Positions 52,205 to 61,148 of a stretch of DNA of 64,000 nt are shown in pieces. The notes below the pieces were generated by a model, which was given only the letters and a program-made list of their open reading frames with translations, was not told the DNA's origin and did no database searches. How positions within the stretch are numbered: the first letter of the stretch is position 1; every line of letters begins with the position of its first letter. Source of the stretch: an uncultured Solirubrobacterales bacterium (GTDB lineage: Bacteria > Actinomycetota > Thermoleophilia > Solirubrobacterales > 70-9); assembly GCA_963835315.1 (NCBI GenBank), contig CAWIFA010000028.1, forward strand, positions 5,197 to 69,196. The letters are read 5' to 3'. Made by a program: the position numbers and the translations under genes.

Positions 52205-55200
52205 CTACCGCCCGATGCTCATCCCCCGGCCGAGAGCGCGCGCCCTCGCCGCGTGTTGACCGAGGCCGAGGGCTTTTTGCATCCGCTGAAGCCGCCGCAG
52301 CGCCGCCTCCTGGCGGGCGCGCTCGGCTCTTCGCTTCGCCTCCCGGCCGAACGGCTTGCTCGGGTCTTTGACTCCGTGCTCGTGCCGGTAGCGCTCGATC
52401 TGGGCGACGCCGCGATCCCAGGTCTTCTGCTTCGCCGGATCGCGCGGTCGCTCGCCGAGCTCGTTCCTGACGTAGGCGGGCGGGGCGAGCCGGACGGCGA
52501 GGATCGCCATCTCGCGCCGCTCGGCCAACACGCCCTCTGCAACAGCCAGCTCGCGGCGGGCGGAGTCACCGACCTCGGGCATCTGCGCCAGCTCGCCCTC
52601 GCTGCGAGCGAGCTGCCCGGCGACGATTCGCTGGTTGACCTCGATCCTGCTCAGCTCCTCGCTGCCCTCGGGGTGCAGGACCATCTCGGTCCTCTGTTCG
52701 GCTTCTTGACGGGTGCGCACCTCGCGCATCTCCCCGATTGCCTCTTCGAGTCGCCCGCGCGGGTTGGCCACCCTGGCCTCCGCGTAGGCGGCGTCCGCCA
52801 GCTCCTCGCGGCGGGCGCGAAGGTCTGCGTCGGGCATCCCCTGGAAGCGCTCGCGCAGCGCCACCTCGTGCGCGGCGAGCTGGGCGCGGTCGCGCTCCGC
52901 CGCTTCGGCGATGTGGGGGATGCCCTCGCGCAGGTAGGGCGAGCGCGGGCGCGATCTCCTCGCGGTGCGACCTGAATCTCCGGCGTCGCGTAGAGGTAGG
53001 TCTCCTCGCGGGCGCGCGAGGCGGCGACGTAGAGCTCCTGCTTGTCCATCGAGGGGTCGGCCATGACGAAGGCGCGATCGAAGGTCGAGCCCTGCGCCGA
53101 GTAGGTCGTCACCGCGTAGGCGTGTTCGAGCGCCGGGGCGTCGGAGTGCGGGTTGGTGCGGGCCAGGTAGTCGGCTCCGACCTCGACCGTTCGCGGCTGG
53201 TCGATGCCGTCGAGGACGACGCTGCCGTTGCTCGGCGTCGACCTCGGCGATCCGCCAGCGCTCGCGGTTGTAGATGTCGGCGGCGCTGGTCGTTGACGCG
53301 GGTGATGACCTGATCGCCGGCGGCGAAGCGCGCCTCGCCGACTTCGATCTCCTGCGCGCCGAGCTTGCCCTGCCTGCCTCCGCACCTCGCGCGCCATCGC
53401 GTTCAGCCTCGCAACCTCGGCGTTTCGCTTGGCGATCATCACCGCGTCCTCGCCGCGCTCGTAGGACTCGTGCCAGTCGGCGACCATCGCCTCGCGGCGG
53501 GCCTCGGCGTCGGGGGCGACCGTCACCCGCTCGTCTGAGCGATAGAGCCCAAGCGCCTCGCCGCCCTCGCCCTCGCGGATCCGCTTCGCCGCCTCGCGGT
53601 CAAGCTCGTGCTCGTGGCGGATCACCTCGTCGAGGCGGATCGGCTCGCTGCGGTCGGCAACCGCGCGGAACAGGCCGCCCGCCTCGATCTCGCCGAGCTG
53701 CTCGGGATCGCCGACGAGGACGAGCTTCGCCTCGGCGCCTCGGCGTGGTAGATCAAGCGCGCCAGGGTCGCCGAGTCGACCATCCCGGCCTCGTCGATCA
53801 GCAGCACCGAGCCCTGCGCCAAGCCGTCGCCGTCCCTCGTGCTCGGCGCGGTCGAGCTCGACGAGCAGGCTGGCGACGCTGGTCGCCGGCAGGCCCTCGT
53901 CAGCGCATCACGTTCGCCGCCCGCCAGGTCGGCGCTGCGGCCGCAGCTCGATCCCCGCCTGCGCCCAGCCCTCCGCCGCGGCGACGATCGCGAAGGTCTT
54001 GCCGGTCCCCGCCTCGCCGATCACGACGACGACTCCCTCGGGCTCGCTGAGCAGGCGGCGGACCATCTCGCGCTGGTCGGCCTTCAGGGTCGGGCGGGCG
54101 TGGATCACCCGCGCCGCGACCAGCTCGCCGGCCGGCGCCGGTCCCTGGGCCTTCATCCGCTCGACCGCCGCCAGCGCCTCGCGCTCAAGCTCCCAGATGC
54201 GCCGGGTGGTGAAGCGGGGGCCTTTGCGGCTCTCGGCGATCTGGATCACGACTCGGAGGCGAGAAAGGCGTCGGCCAGGCGCTCGACCTCGGCTCCCGGC
54301 GCTCCCTTCGGGCAGCGACCCGGCCACCGCCTGGATCGCCTCGCGCCGGTCGAAGTGCGAGGCAGCCGCCGTGACCGCACGGTCTACCTGCCAGGTAGAG
54401 ACCGTGCGGGCCTCGGCGGGCGTCGGGCTCGAAGCCTGCGAGCCTCGCGGATCGAAGGTGCGCTCGATCGTCTCGCGGTCAAGGCCGATCTCCTCCGCCT
54501 TGGCCCGCCAGCGCTCAAGCAGCTCCCCGCGCGAGGTCGGCCTCCTTCGGCTTGCGGGTAGCGAGCGTCGCGACCTGAAGCGAGCGCGGCCGAGGCGTCG
54601 GGCCCGGCCGCCTCGAGGATTTCGGCGCGGCGGGTCGAGAAGGCGCGCAGGTGCTCGTCGGCGAAGCCCTCGATCTCGGCGATACCGTTGCGGACCTGCT
54701 GCCATCGACGCCGAGGCGCCGGGTCAGCTCGTGGCGCAGGTGGGCCTCATAGATGTAGCCGGCGGTTTTGGCGTGGTCGTAGATCGCCGGGTGGTAGAGG
54801 CGCGTCCAGCGGCCGTCCGGTCCCTTGGTCGCGTTGGCGATCAGGACGTGGGTGTGGAGCTGGGGATCGCCGTTTCGCGAGGAGCGGTGGACGTAGGCGG
54901 CGGCGAGGAAGCCGTTGCCCTTGACGAACTCCGCGCCGCCGGCGCCGCGCCGCGTCCAGCAGGCCTCGCGCTGCATGTAGGCGAGGGCGGCCTCGACGGC
55001 TTCGCGGTGGGCGGAGTAGACTTCGAGCGGCGGCGACGGGCCCGCCGAGGCCCCAGAGCAGGGAGACCGACTTCGGGGCCGAGAAGGTGAGGTCGAAGCC
55101 GGGGACGGGGCCCTTGCCGCGGACGCCGCGCATCCAGACAAGCGGCTCGCCGTCGACCGGGTTGCGTGCCGGTCAGCATCGCCGTCGAGCTGGTCGGCGC

Positions 55201-55356
55201 CGACCTCGCCTTCAAGGCCGAGGTCGCGCGGCGGCGTCGCCGATCCACTCGCCCGGCCGCCTCGCCCTCGCCGGAGTAGTAGTCCTCGGCGCCTTCGGCG
55301 ACCTTGTCGAGGTAGTAGCGCTCCTGGCCGACGCCGAGCTTTCCGATCGAGAGCAT
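52205..55356 (-). pseudogene. MobF/TrwC-type relaxase-helicase (TraA-like), split over at least 5 reading-frame segments
   Basis: Segments in order. N-terminus MLSIGKLGVGQERYYLDKVAEGAEDYYSGEGEAAG (54841..55356). LHTHVLIANATKGPDGRW (54515..55141). P-loop VVVIGEAGTGKTF (53908..54705). Walker B LLIDEAGMV (53622..53822). YAVTTYSAQGSTFDRAFV...LYVAASRAREE (52651..53625). C-terminal domain (52205..52864). Confidence 0.75.
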
Positions 55357-55749
55357 CTACCTGCTCTGTCCATCGGGGCGGCTGGGTGCATCGGGGTAGG
55401 CGAGGCGGCGGCCATCGCCGCGTACGTCAGCCGCGCTGCGCGAGCGCCCCTGGAGCTTCACCGGGCCGGTGATAATGCGTGAGGGGTGGTGGTGTTGTCT
55501 GTTGGGATGGGGGCTTTACGAAGGCTCAGGGCTGCTTCCTTGCTGCCCTGACTGGCTGCCTCGCTGGTGTTTCTTCCTGGGTCTTGCTGGCTCTTCTTGC
55601 TGGGGTGGTTGGCTCTGGCCTTCGCTGCCTTGTGCGGTGACTTCGTTGGGATTGTTGGCTGCCGCCGCTCGCGTCGATTCGCCGGGGCGTTCGCCGGGCG
55701 GATCGGACGTACCCGATGCAATGCGCGTCGGCGATGGACAACCAGGGTG

Positions 55750-55965
55750 ATGAAGAAGCTCTCCGCTTCCATCCCGCGCATCGCCCTCACGCCGCCCGAG
55801 GCGGCGGCGGCGCTCGGCGTTGGGCCGGACTTCTTCGATGAGAACGTCGCGCCCGAGCTGCGGCTGATCCGCCGAGGGCGCAAGCGCCTGGTCCCGGTCA
55901 GCGAGCTTGAACGCTGGACGGCTGAGAATGCGAGTCGGGTGCTTGGGGAGATGGCGGGAGGTTGA
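55750..55965 (+). CDS. excisionase/AlpA-like HTH protein
   Basis: ATG at 55750. MKKLSASIPRIALTPPEAAAALGVGPDFFDENVAPELRLIRRGRKRLVPVSELERWTAENA. Confidence 0.55.
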   Translation: MKKLSASIPRIALTPPEAAAALGVGPDFFDENVAPELRLIRRGRKRLVPVSELERWTAENASRVLGEMAGG

Positions 55966-56008
55966 TGGCTTCGGACTTGAAGCTGCCGCAGCTTCTAGGC
56001 TTCCGCCA

Positions 56009-56206
56009 ATGGCCGAAGCTCAGGGCAAAGCGCGCCGCGAAGTGCGAGCCGCGCAGGCGAGATTCGAGCGCGAGCAGGCTGCCTCCCAGGAGGCACGACG
56101 CAAAGCGTTCGCGAAGGCCCAGGAATCCGGCCTCACGCTCCGCGAGATCGGCAACGAGGTCGGCCTGCACCACACTCGCGTGCTCCAGATCATCCGGGGC
56201 AAGTAG
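56009..56206 (+). CDS. small HTH protein (sigma-70 region-4-like)
   Basis: ATG at 56009. ...ESGLTLREIGNEVGLHHTRVLQIIRGK. Confidence 0.45.
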   Translation: MAEAQGKARREVRAAQARFEREQAASQEARRKAFAKAQESGLTLREIGNEVGLHHTRVLQIIRGK

Positions 56207-56322
56207 CGGTTTTGGTGATTATTTCTCACCAAGACTGCTAAGCTCAGCGAAATCAACAAGCAGCGGCCCGCCGCGCTACGAACACGACGGGCCGCCTGAG
56301 ACACAAGGAGGCGAAGCTCCCC

Positions 56323-56616
56323 ATGTCCTGCGACAACCATATGGATCGCGGCCTGCTGCCCGATCCTTCAACCCCGGCCAACGAGGACCGCAAGACCGAG
56401 TGGGCCGTCCTCGGATACCTGCTCAACGCCCACCCCGATCAGTTCACGATCCCCGAGGTCTCCCGCGCGATGAACGCCGGGGAGACCGACTTCGGCAGCG
56501 AGGACGCCGTCGAGCGGGCGATACGCCAGCTGGTCGGCGCTGGCCTGCTGTACTGCTGCGGCGGCTTCGCCCTGCCGACCAGGGCGGCCCTCTACTACTG
56601 GCGACTGGCGGAGTAG
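56323..56616 (+). CDS. hypothetical protein, winged-helix-like
   Basis: WAVLGYLLNAHPDQFTIPEVSRAMN...AVERAIRQLVGAGLL. Confidence 0.4.
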   Translation: MSCDNHMDRGLLPDPSTPANEDRKTEWAVLGYLLNAHPDQFTIPEVSRAMNAGETDFGSEDAVERAIRQLVGAGLLYCCGGFALPTRAALYYWRLAE

Positions 56617-56618
56617 CA

Positions 56619-56921
56619 ATGGACGACAGGAAGGTCGTCGCCAAGCGCTTCGGCGAGAACCTGCGCCGCCTGCGAGAACAGGCCGATCTCAGCCAGGAAG
56701 AGATGGGCTACCGATCCAGCCTGCACCGGACCGAGATCGGCATCTTGGAGCGGGGCGAACGACTGCCCCGCATGGACACGATGCTGAAACTCGGGGCGGC
56801 GCTGGGCGTGAAGTTCGAGTGCCCGTTGCTAACGGGCCTTGAGTGGACGCCGGGGGTCTTTCGGCCGGGATCGTTCTCGCCTGGCGAATCCGGTCAGGGG
56901 AACGCAAGAGGCGGCTCCTGA
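56619..56921 (+). CDS. XRE-family HTH regulator
   Basis: ATG at 56619. FGENLRRLREQADLSQEEMGYRSSLHRTEIGILERGERLPRMDTMLKLGAALGV. Confidence 0.65.
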   Translation: MDDRKVVAKRFGENLRRLREQADLSQEEMGYRSSLHRTEIGILERGERLPRMDTMLKLGAALGVKFECPLLTGLEWTPGVFRPGSFSPGESGQGNARGGS

Positions 56922-58132
56922 TGGCCGAAGGCATCAGGAAGCGGCACTCGCAAGGTTGCAGCGCCCGCGGGGGCGGGCGCTGCAACTGCAGGGCGGGGTG
57001 GGAGGCATCGGTCTATCTCGCTCGTGAGGGCAGGCGGGTCACGAAGATCGTTCCCGCGAGAGGCGGAGGCAAAGAGCTGGCGGGCCGAAGCCAAGAGGGC
57101 GGCGGAGAACGGCGGCGTCGGGTTGGGTTCGGGCGCGCGCGACTCGCGCACCCTCGCCGAGGGTCTGCGGTGGTTCGTCGCCGGAATGGAGGCCGGGACG
57201 GATTCGTCCGAAGGGCCGGAAGCACTACAAGCCGAACACGATCCGCTCCTACGAGCGCGCCGTGCGGGTTCACATCGATGCGTCGAGGCTGGCGGGTGTT
57301 GGCGTGGGCGAGCTTCGCCGTCGCGACGTTCAGGATTTCGCCGACGAGCTGCTTGCCTCCGGGCTCTCGGTGAACACGGTCAGCAATGTCCTCAATCCGA
57401 TTCAGACCTTCTATCGCTGGAAGATAGACCGCGACGAGCTGACCTACAACCCGTCTGCACGGATCGACTTGCCGAACGACAGCTCGGCCCGGCCAACGCG
57501 AATCGCCACCCCTGCCGAAGCGGCGGCTCTGCTCGCCGCGCTTCCGGCCGAGGATCGCGCGGTCTGGGCGACGGCTTTCTACGCCGGTCTGCGGCGCGGC
57601 GAGTTGCAGGCGCTCCGGGTCCGCGACATCGACCTCGACGCCGAACCGGATCGCCATCGAGCGTGGCTGGGACCAGGTCGAGGGCGTGATCGAGCCGAAG
57701 TCGCGCGCCGGATGGCGCAGCGTCCCGATGCTGGCGATCCTCCGCGACTGCCTGGAAGCGCATCTGGGAAGGGCTGGGCGGAGCCGGGGAGGACCTGGTG
57801 TTCGGGCGCACGGTCGAGCAGGCGTTCTACGCCTCGACGGTCGATGGCCGCGCGAAGCGCGCCTGGAAGGCGCGCGAACGAGCGCGAGCGAGAGCTTGCC
57901 GCGGACGAGGACCGCGAGCCCGATCTGCTCAGGCCGATCAGCTTCCACATGTGCCGCCACACCTTCGCCTCGCTGCTGATCGACTCGGGGGCGAACCCGA
58001 AAGCGATCCAGGAGTTCATGGGCCACTCGAAAATCCACACGACCTTCGATGTCTACGGCCACCTGCTCCCCGGCAGCCATGACGAGGTTCGGCGAGCGCA
58101 TGGACGCCTATTTGGCCGAGGGCGAGAATTAG
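56921..58132 (+). pseudogene. int: tyrosine integrase with about 6 frame changes
   Basis: Frame walk. MAEGIRKRHSQGCSARGGGRCNCRAGWEASVYL..., shift near 57040. ...FPREAEAKSWRAEAKRAAENG...GMEAGT, shift near 57199. ...RKHYKPNTIRSYERAVRVHID...AFYAGLRRGELQALRVRDIDL, shifts near 57650, 57790 and 57890. ...ISFHMCRHTFASLLI...GHSKIHTTFDVYGHL, shift near 58095, then ...MDAYLAEGEN and TAG at 58130. Confidence 0.75.
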
Positions 58133-58165
58133 GCGCTCACAGCGCGCCTGCAAGACTTTTCAGCA

Positions 58166-58965
58166 ATGGCAAACCAGGAGCGCCTGGACGACGCTAGGTC
58201 CTATTCTGAGCTTCTAGCGAAGCTGCGGAGCCAGATCGGTTTTCTGGACCGGTCATCGGCGGCATTCGATGCAGGGCATGAGGACGAGGGAGAGCACCTA
58301 GCGCTTCGAGCCCGTGTGCTTCTTCATGACACGAAGCATTCCCACTCGCTGCTCGGCCAGCTCGAAGTCAAGGGGGCCCTTGGGTACACCGATACGTCGA
58401 TCCACCGCGAGCGCGAAACGAAACATCTGGGGGGCGGACTTCATCGCGCTACGGTCACCCAACACGCCGGACTGGTCGCATGGCGGACGACCGAGTCGGG
58501 CTCTTGGACTTACGCGCCGGTACTGAGGCCCGAAAAGGAGAATCGAGCAATCCGCCGGCTGCCTTTGATCAGTGGTGGCAGAGACCCTTCCTCACGGATA
58601 CGAGCGGAAAGCCGATCACTCGGAGATCGGTCGTCTTGGACGTGGCGAACAAGGATGGGGGAGCGCATGTCGCCAGGGCCATCCCGGAAGCCTTTCGCCA
58701 GCTCGCTTCTGGTGCGTCGCTTCCGGTGCAGGTTGGTTCGGAGGACGGATCGTCCTCAGGCATTCCGGGCATTGTGATGGCGACCATGCGGCAGATCGCG
58801 TTCGAGTTGCTCGACACCCTGCGCCGGGACCTCCCGAACTTCATCATGGGAAGCCCTCTGACGGCATCGGCGCAGCTCACGACGGCGGAGTGGTCGGGCA
58901 TTCCCCGGAACTCGCTCTGTCCTTGCGAGAGCGGCAAGAAGTTCAAGGCGTGCCACGGGTCGTAG
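58166..58965 (+). CDS. hypothetical protein with C-terminal SEC-C metal-binding motif (one frameshift near 58530)
   Basis: The N-terminal part is in ORF 58166..58777 (...LHDTKHSHSLLGQL...). The C-terminal part is in ORF 58480..58965 (...VLDVANKDGGAHVARAIPEAF... ending CPCESGKKFKACHGS). Confidence 0.5.
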
Positions 58966-58980
58966 ACCCTGGCGACCGTC

Positions 58981-59004
58981 TGACTGTGGCACCGACTGTG
59001 GCAC
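58981..59004. repeat. tandem 12-mers TGACTGTGGCAC / CGACTGTGGCAC (second arm-site cluster of island 2)
   Basis: Read directly, 55 bp inside the right core repeat. Same orientation as 50194..50216. Confidence 0.5.
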
Positions 59005-59059
59005 GGGAGCCCGCCGAGCGCCCCGGTCGCCGCATTTCGCTCGCCAGCGCAACCGCCCG

Positions 59060-59143
59060 CATTCCGCTCTAGCAAGCCCCCTCCAACAGAAAACGCCCCG
59101 CCGGGGAGGCGAGGCGTTTCTGGGGTTACTACAGGGAGGAGAG
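59060..59143. repeat. 84-bp direct repeat, right att of island 2
   Basis: See 50018..50101. Confidence 0.9.
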
Positions 59144-59467
59144 ATATGTATCTCTATATATGTGGATCCGTGGGAGGTAGGTGGGCCCTTATGTGCCGCG
59201 GGGCGAGTTGATGGGAGTCAACTGCCATATGAGCGGCGCCGGGTCCGACCAAGAAGTTCTTCAGTGCCCTTATCGATCCTCTCTCATGAATCCTTGAATT
59301 CAGAGTACGAACATACGTGCGATTTGTGTGTGAGGCGAGTCACAGAGCCTTCTGGGACTGGGATCCGTGGCTCGCGAAGCGATTGTTCTACCCAATTCTA
59401 AGGTGTCGCTAAACATCTGGCAAGTGTTTCCTTTGGACGCTCGTTCGAGCGGCTGTACCGTTGCTGC

Positions 59468-60262
59468 GTGGCCACGGCGGGCAAAAAGACGCGCATAGAC
59501 GCGGTTTTGGCTGCTCGCGGGCTGTTTCCGTCGCGCTCGGCGGCGGCGGGCGCCGTGCGGGCGGGCGAGGTGCGGCTGGGCGAGGACGGCCCCGTCGCGC
59601 TGCGGCCGAGCCAGCTCGTCGACCCCGAGGCCGACCTGCGGCTCGCGCAGGGCCCTCGCTTCGTCTCGCGCGGCGGGATCAAGCTCGACAACGCGCTCGC
59701 GGCGCTGGGGATCGACGTCACCGGCCGCGACTGCCTCGACGTCGGCGCCTCGACCGGCGGCTTCACCGACTGCCTGCTGCAGCGCGGCGCCGCCCGCGTC
59801 GTGGCGCTCGACGTCGCCTACGGGCAGATCGACCTGCGCATGCGCGAGGATCCGCGCGTGACCGTGATCGAGCGCCTCAACGCCCGCGCCCTCACCCCGG
59901 ACGATCTGCCGTTCGCGCCGGATCTCGCCACGGTCGACGTCTCCTTCATCTCGCTGGCCAAGGTGCTGCCCGCGGTCGCCCGCTGCCTGAAGCCCGGCGG
60001 CGAGCTGCTGGCGATGGTCAAGCCGCAGTTCGAGCTCGGCCGCGAGCGCGTGCGCAAGGGCGTCGTCCGCGACGCCGCCGACCGCCGCGAGGCGATCCTC
60101 TCCGTCGCCGGCGTCGCCGAGGGCCTCGACCTGCCGGTGCGCGGCTTCGCCTCCTCCGGCCTGCCCGGCCCGAAGGGCAACCGCGAGACCTTCGTCTGGT
60201 GCGGCGGCGCAGGCGAGCCGCTCGCCGACCCGGAGTCCGCCCTGCTCGAGGTCGAGCCGTGA
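59468..60262 (+). CDS. tlyA: TlyA-family rRNA 2'-O-methyltransferase
   Basis: S4-like N-terminus RIDAVLAARGLFPSRSAAAGAVRAG, then FVSRGGIKL, DVGASTGGFTDCLLQRGA and VKPQFE. Confidence 0.85.
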   Translation: MATAGKKTRIDAVLAARGLFPSRSAAAGAVRAGEVRLGEDGPVALRPSQLVDPEADLRLAQGPRFVSRGGIKLDNALAALGIDVTGRDCLDVGASTGGFTDCLLQRGAARVVALDVAYGQIDLRMREDPRVTVIERLNARALTPDDLPFAPDLATVDVSFISLAKVLPAVARCLKPGGELLAMVKPQFELGRERVRKGVVRDAADRREAILSVAGVAEGLDLPVRGFASSGLPGPKGNRETFVWCGGAGEPLADPESALLEVEP

Positions 60263-61115
60263 GCCGGCGCCTCGCCACACTGATCACCCACTCGCACCCG
60301 CCGGCGACGACCGCGGCGGTCGAGCTCGCGATCGCCGCCGCCGCGCGAGGCCGACTGGCGGCTCGTCGCCTCGGCGCAGGAGGCGGCAGAAGCACGGCGG
60401 GCTGGCGGAGGAGATCGAGGTCGTCGACTTCCTGCCCCGCCAGGCCGACCTCTGCCTGGTGCTCGGCGGCGACGGCTCGATCCTCTACGCGCTGCGCCAC
60501 TTCGCCCGCAGCGGCGTGCCGGTCTTCGGGGTCAACTTCGGCACCGTCGGCTTCCTCGCCGCGGTCGAGCGCGAGGACGCGGCCGAGGGGATGCGCCGCG
60601 CCTTCGCCGGCGAGATCGAGACGATCGACCTGCCCGGGCTGGAGGCGCAGGGTCGGACGGCGAGCCGCGGGTCGCCCTCAACGACGTCAGCTTCATCCGC
60701 CGTCCGCACGAGCGCGTCGCCGAGCTCAGCTACAGGGTCGCCGACGAGGAGGTCGGGCCGCGTGCGCTGCGACGGCCTCGTCGCCGCGACGCCGGTCGGC
60801 TCCACCGGCTACAACCTCGCCAACCAGGGGCCGATCCTCGCCTGGGGCGTGAAGGGCTACGTCGTCTCCTACGTCGCCCCGCACTCGCTGACCGCGCGCG
60901 CCCTGGTCGTCGCGCCGGGCGACGTGCTCCACGTCGGCAACGCGAGCGGCCGCGAGCCGGTCGACGTGGCGATCGACGGCGCCCCGGTCGGCGTGCTCGA
61001 GTCCGGCGCCGCGCTCGAGGTCGCCTTCGCCGACAACGTCGGCCGACTCGCCCAGCTCCCGGGCACCAGCTTCTACCAGCGGATACGCGAGAAGTTCGGC
61101 CATCTGGCCGTCTGA
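60259..61115 (+). CDS. nadK: NAD kinase (at least three frame changes)
   Basis: GGDGSILYALRHF, GVNFGTVGFLA and DGLVAATPVGSTGYNLA are present. The conserved segment DGEPRVALNDVSFIRRPHERVAELSYRVADEEVG is readable only in an alternative frame between about 60652 and 60757. The N-terminus from the GTG at 60259 is in yet another frame. Confidence 0.75.
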
Positions 61116-61148
61116 GCCGACCTCAGCACTTCTCTAGGGTTTGCGCCG

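Larger units (their letters stand above)
50018..59143. mobile_element. decayed integrative mobilisable/conjugative element (about 9.1 kb) at a non-tRNA site between dxs and tlyA
   Basis: 84-bp direct repeats at both ends, with tandem 12-mers inside each end. It carries tyrosine integrase and MobF relaxase genes (both multiply frameshifted), an excisionase-like HTH and small toxin-like genes. Parts are visibly more A/T-rich than the backbone. Confidence 0.8.

Noticed and set aside
55458-55883. 141-aa minus ORF and 93-aa plus ORF in the relaxase-xis spacer
   Set aside because: The products reflect the strand compositional skew (Ser/Pro/Ala/Lys or Gly/Leu/Trp/Cys runs). No start context supports them.
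59162-59401. 79-aa + ORF in the att-tlyA spacer
   Set aside because: Odd composition, no RBS, and no conservation with the similar copy at 48 kb. I treat it as non-coding.
59144-59467. tmRNA, RNase P RNA or SRP RNA as the island-2 target
   Set aside because: I looked for hallmark motifs: the tmRNA GGGG...5' end with a tRNA-like TTCGA T-arm and tag ORF, the RNase P GAGGAAAGTCCGGGC block, and the SRP GGAAGCAGCC block. I found none on either strand.
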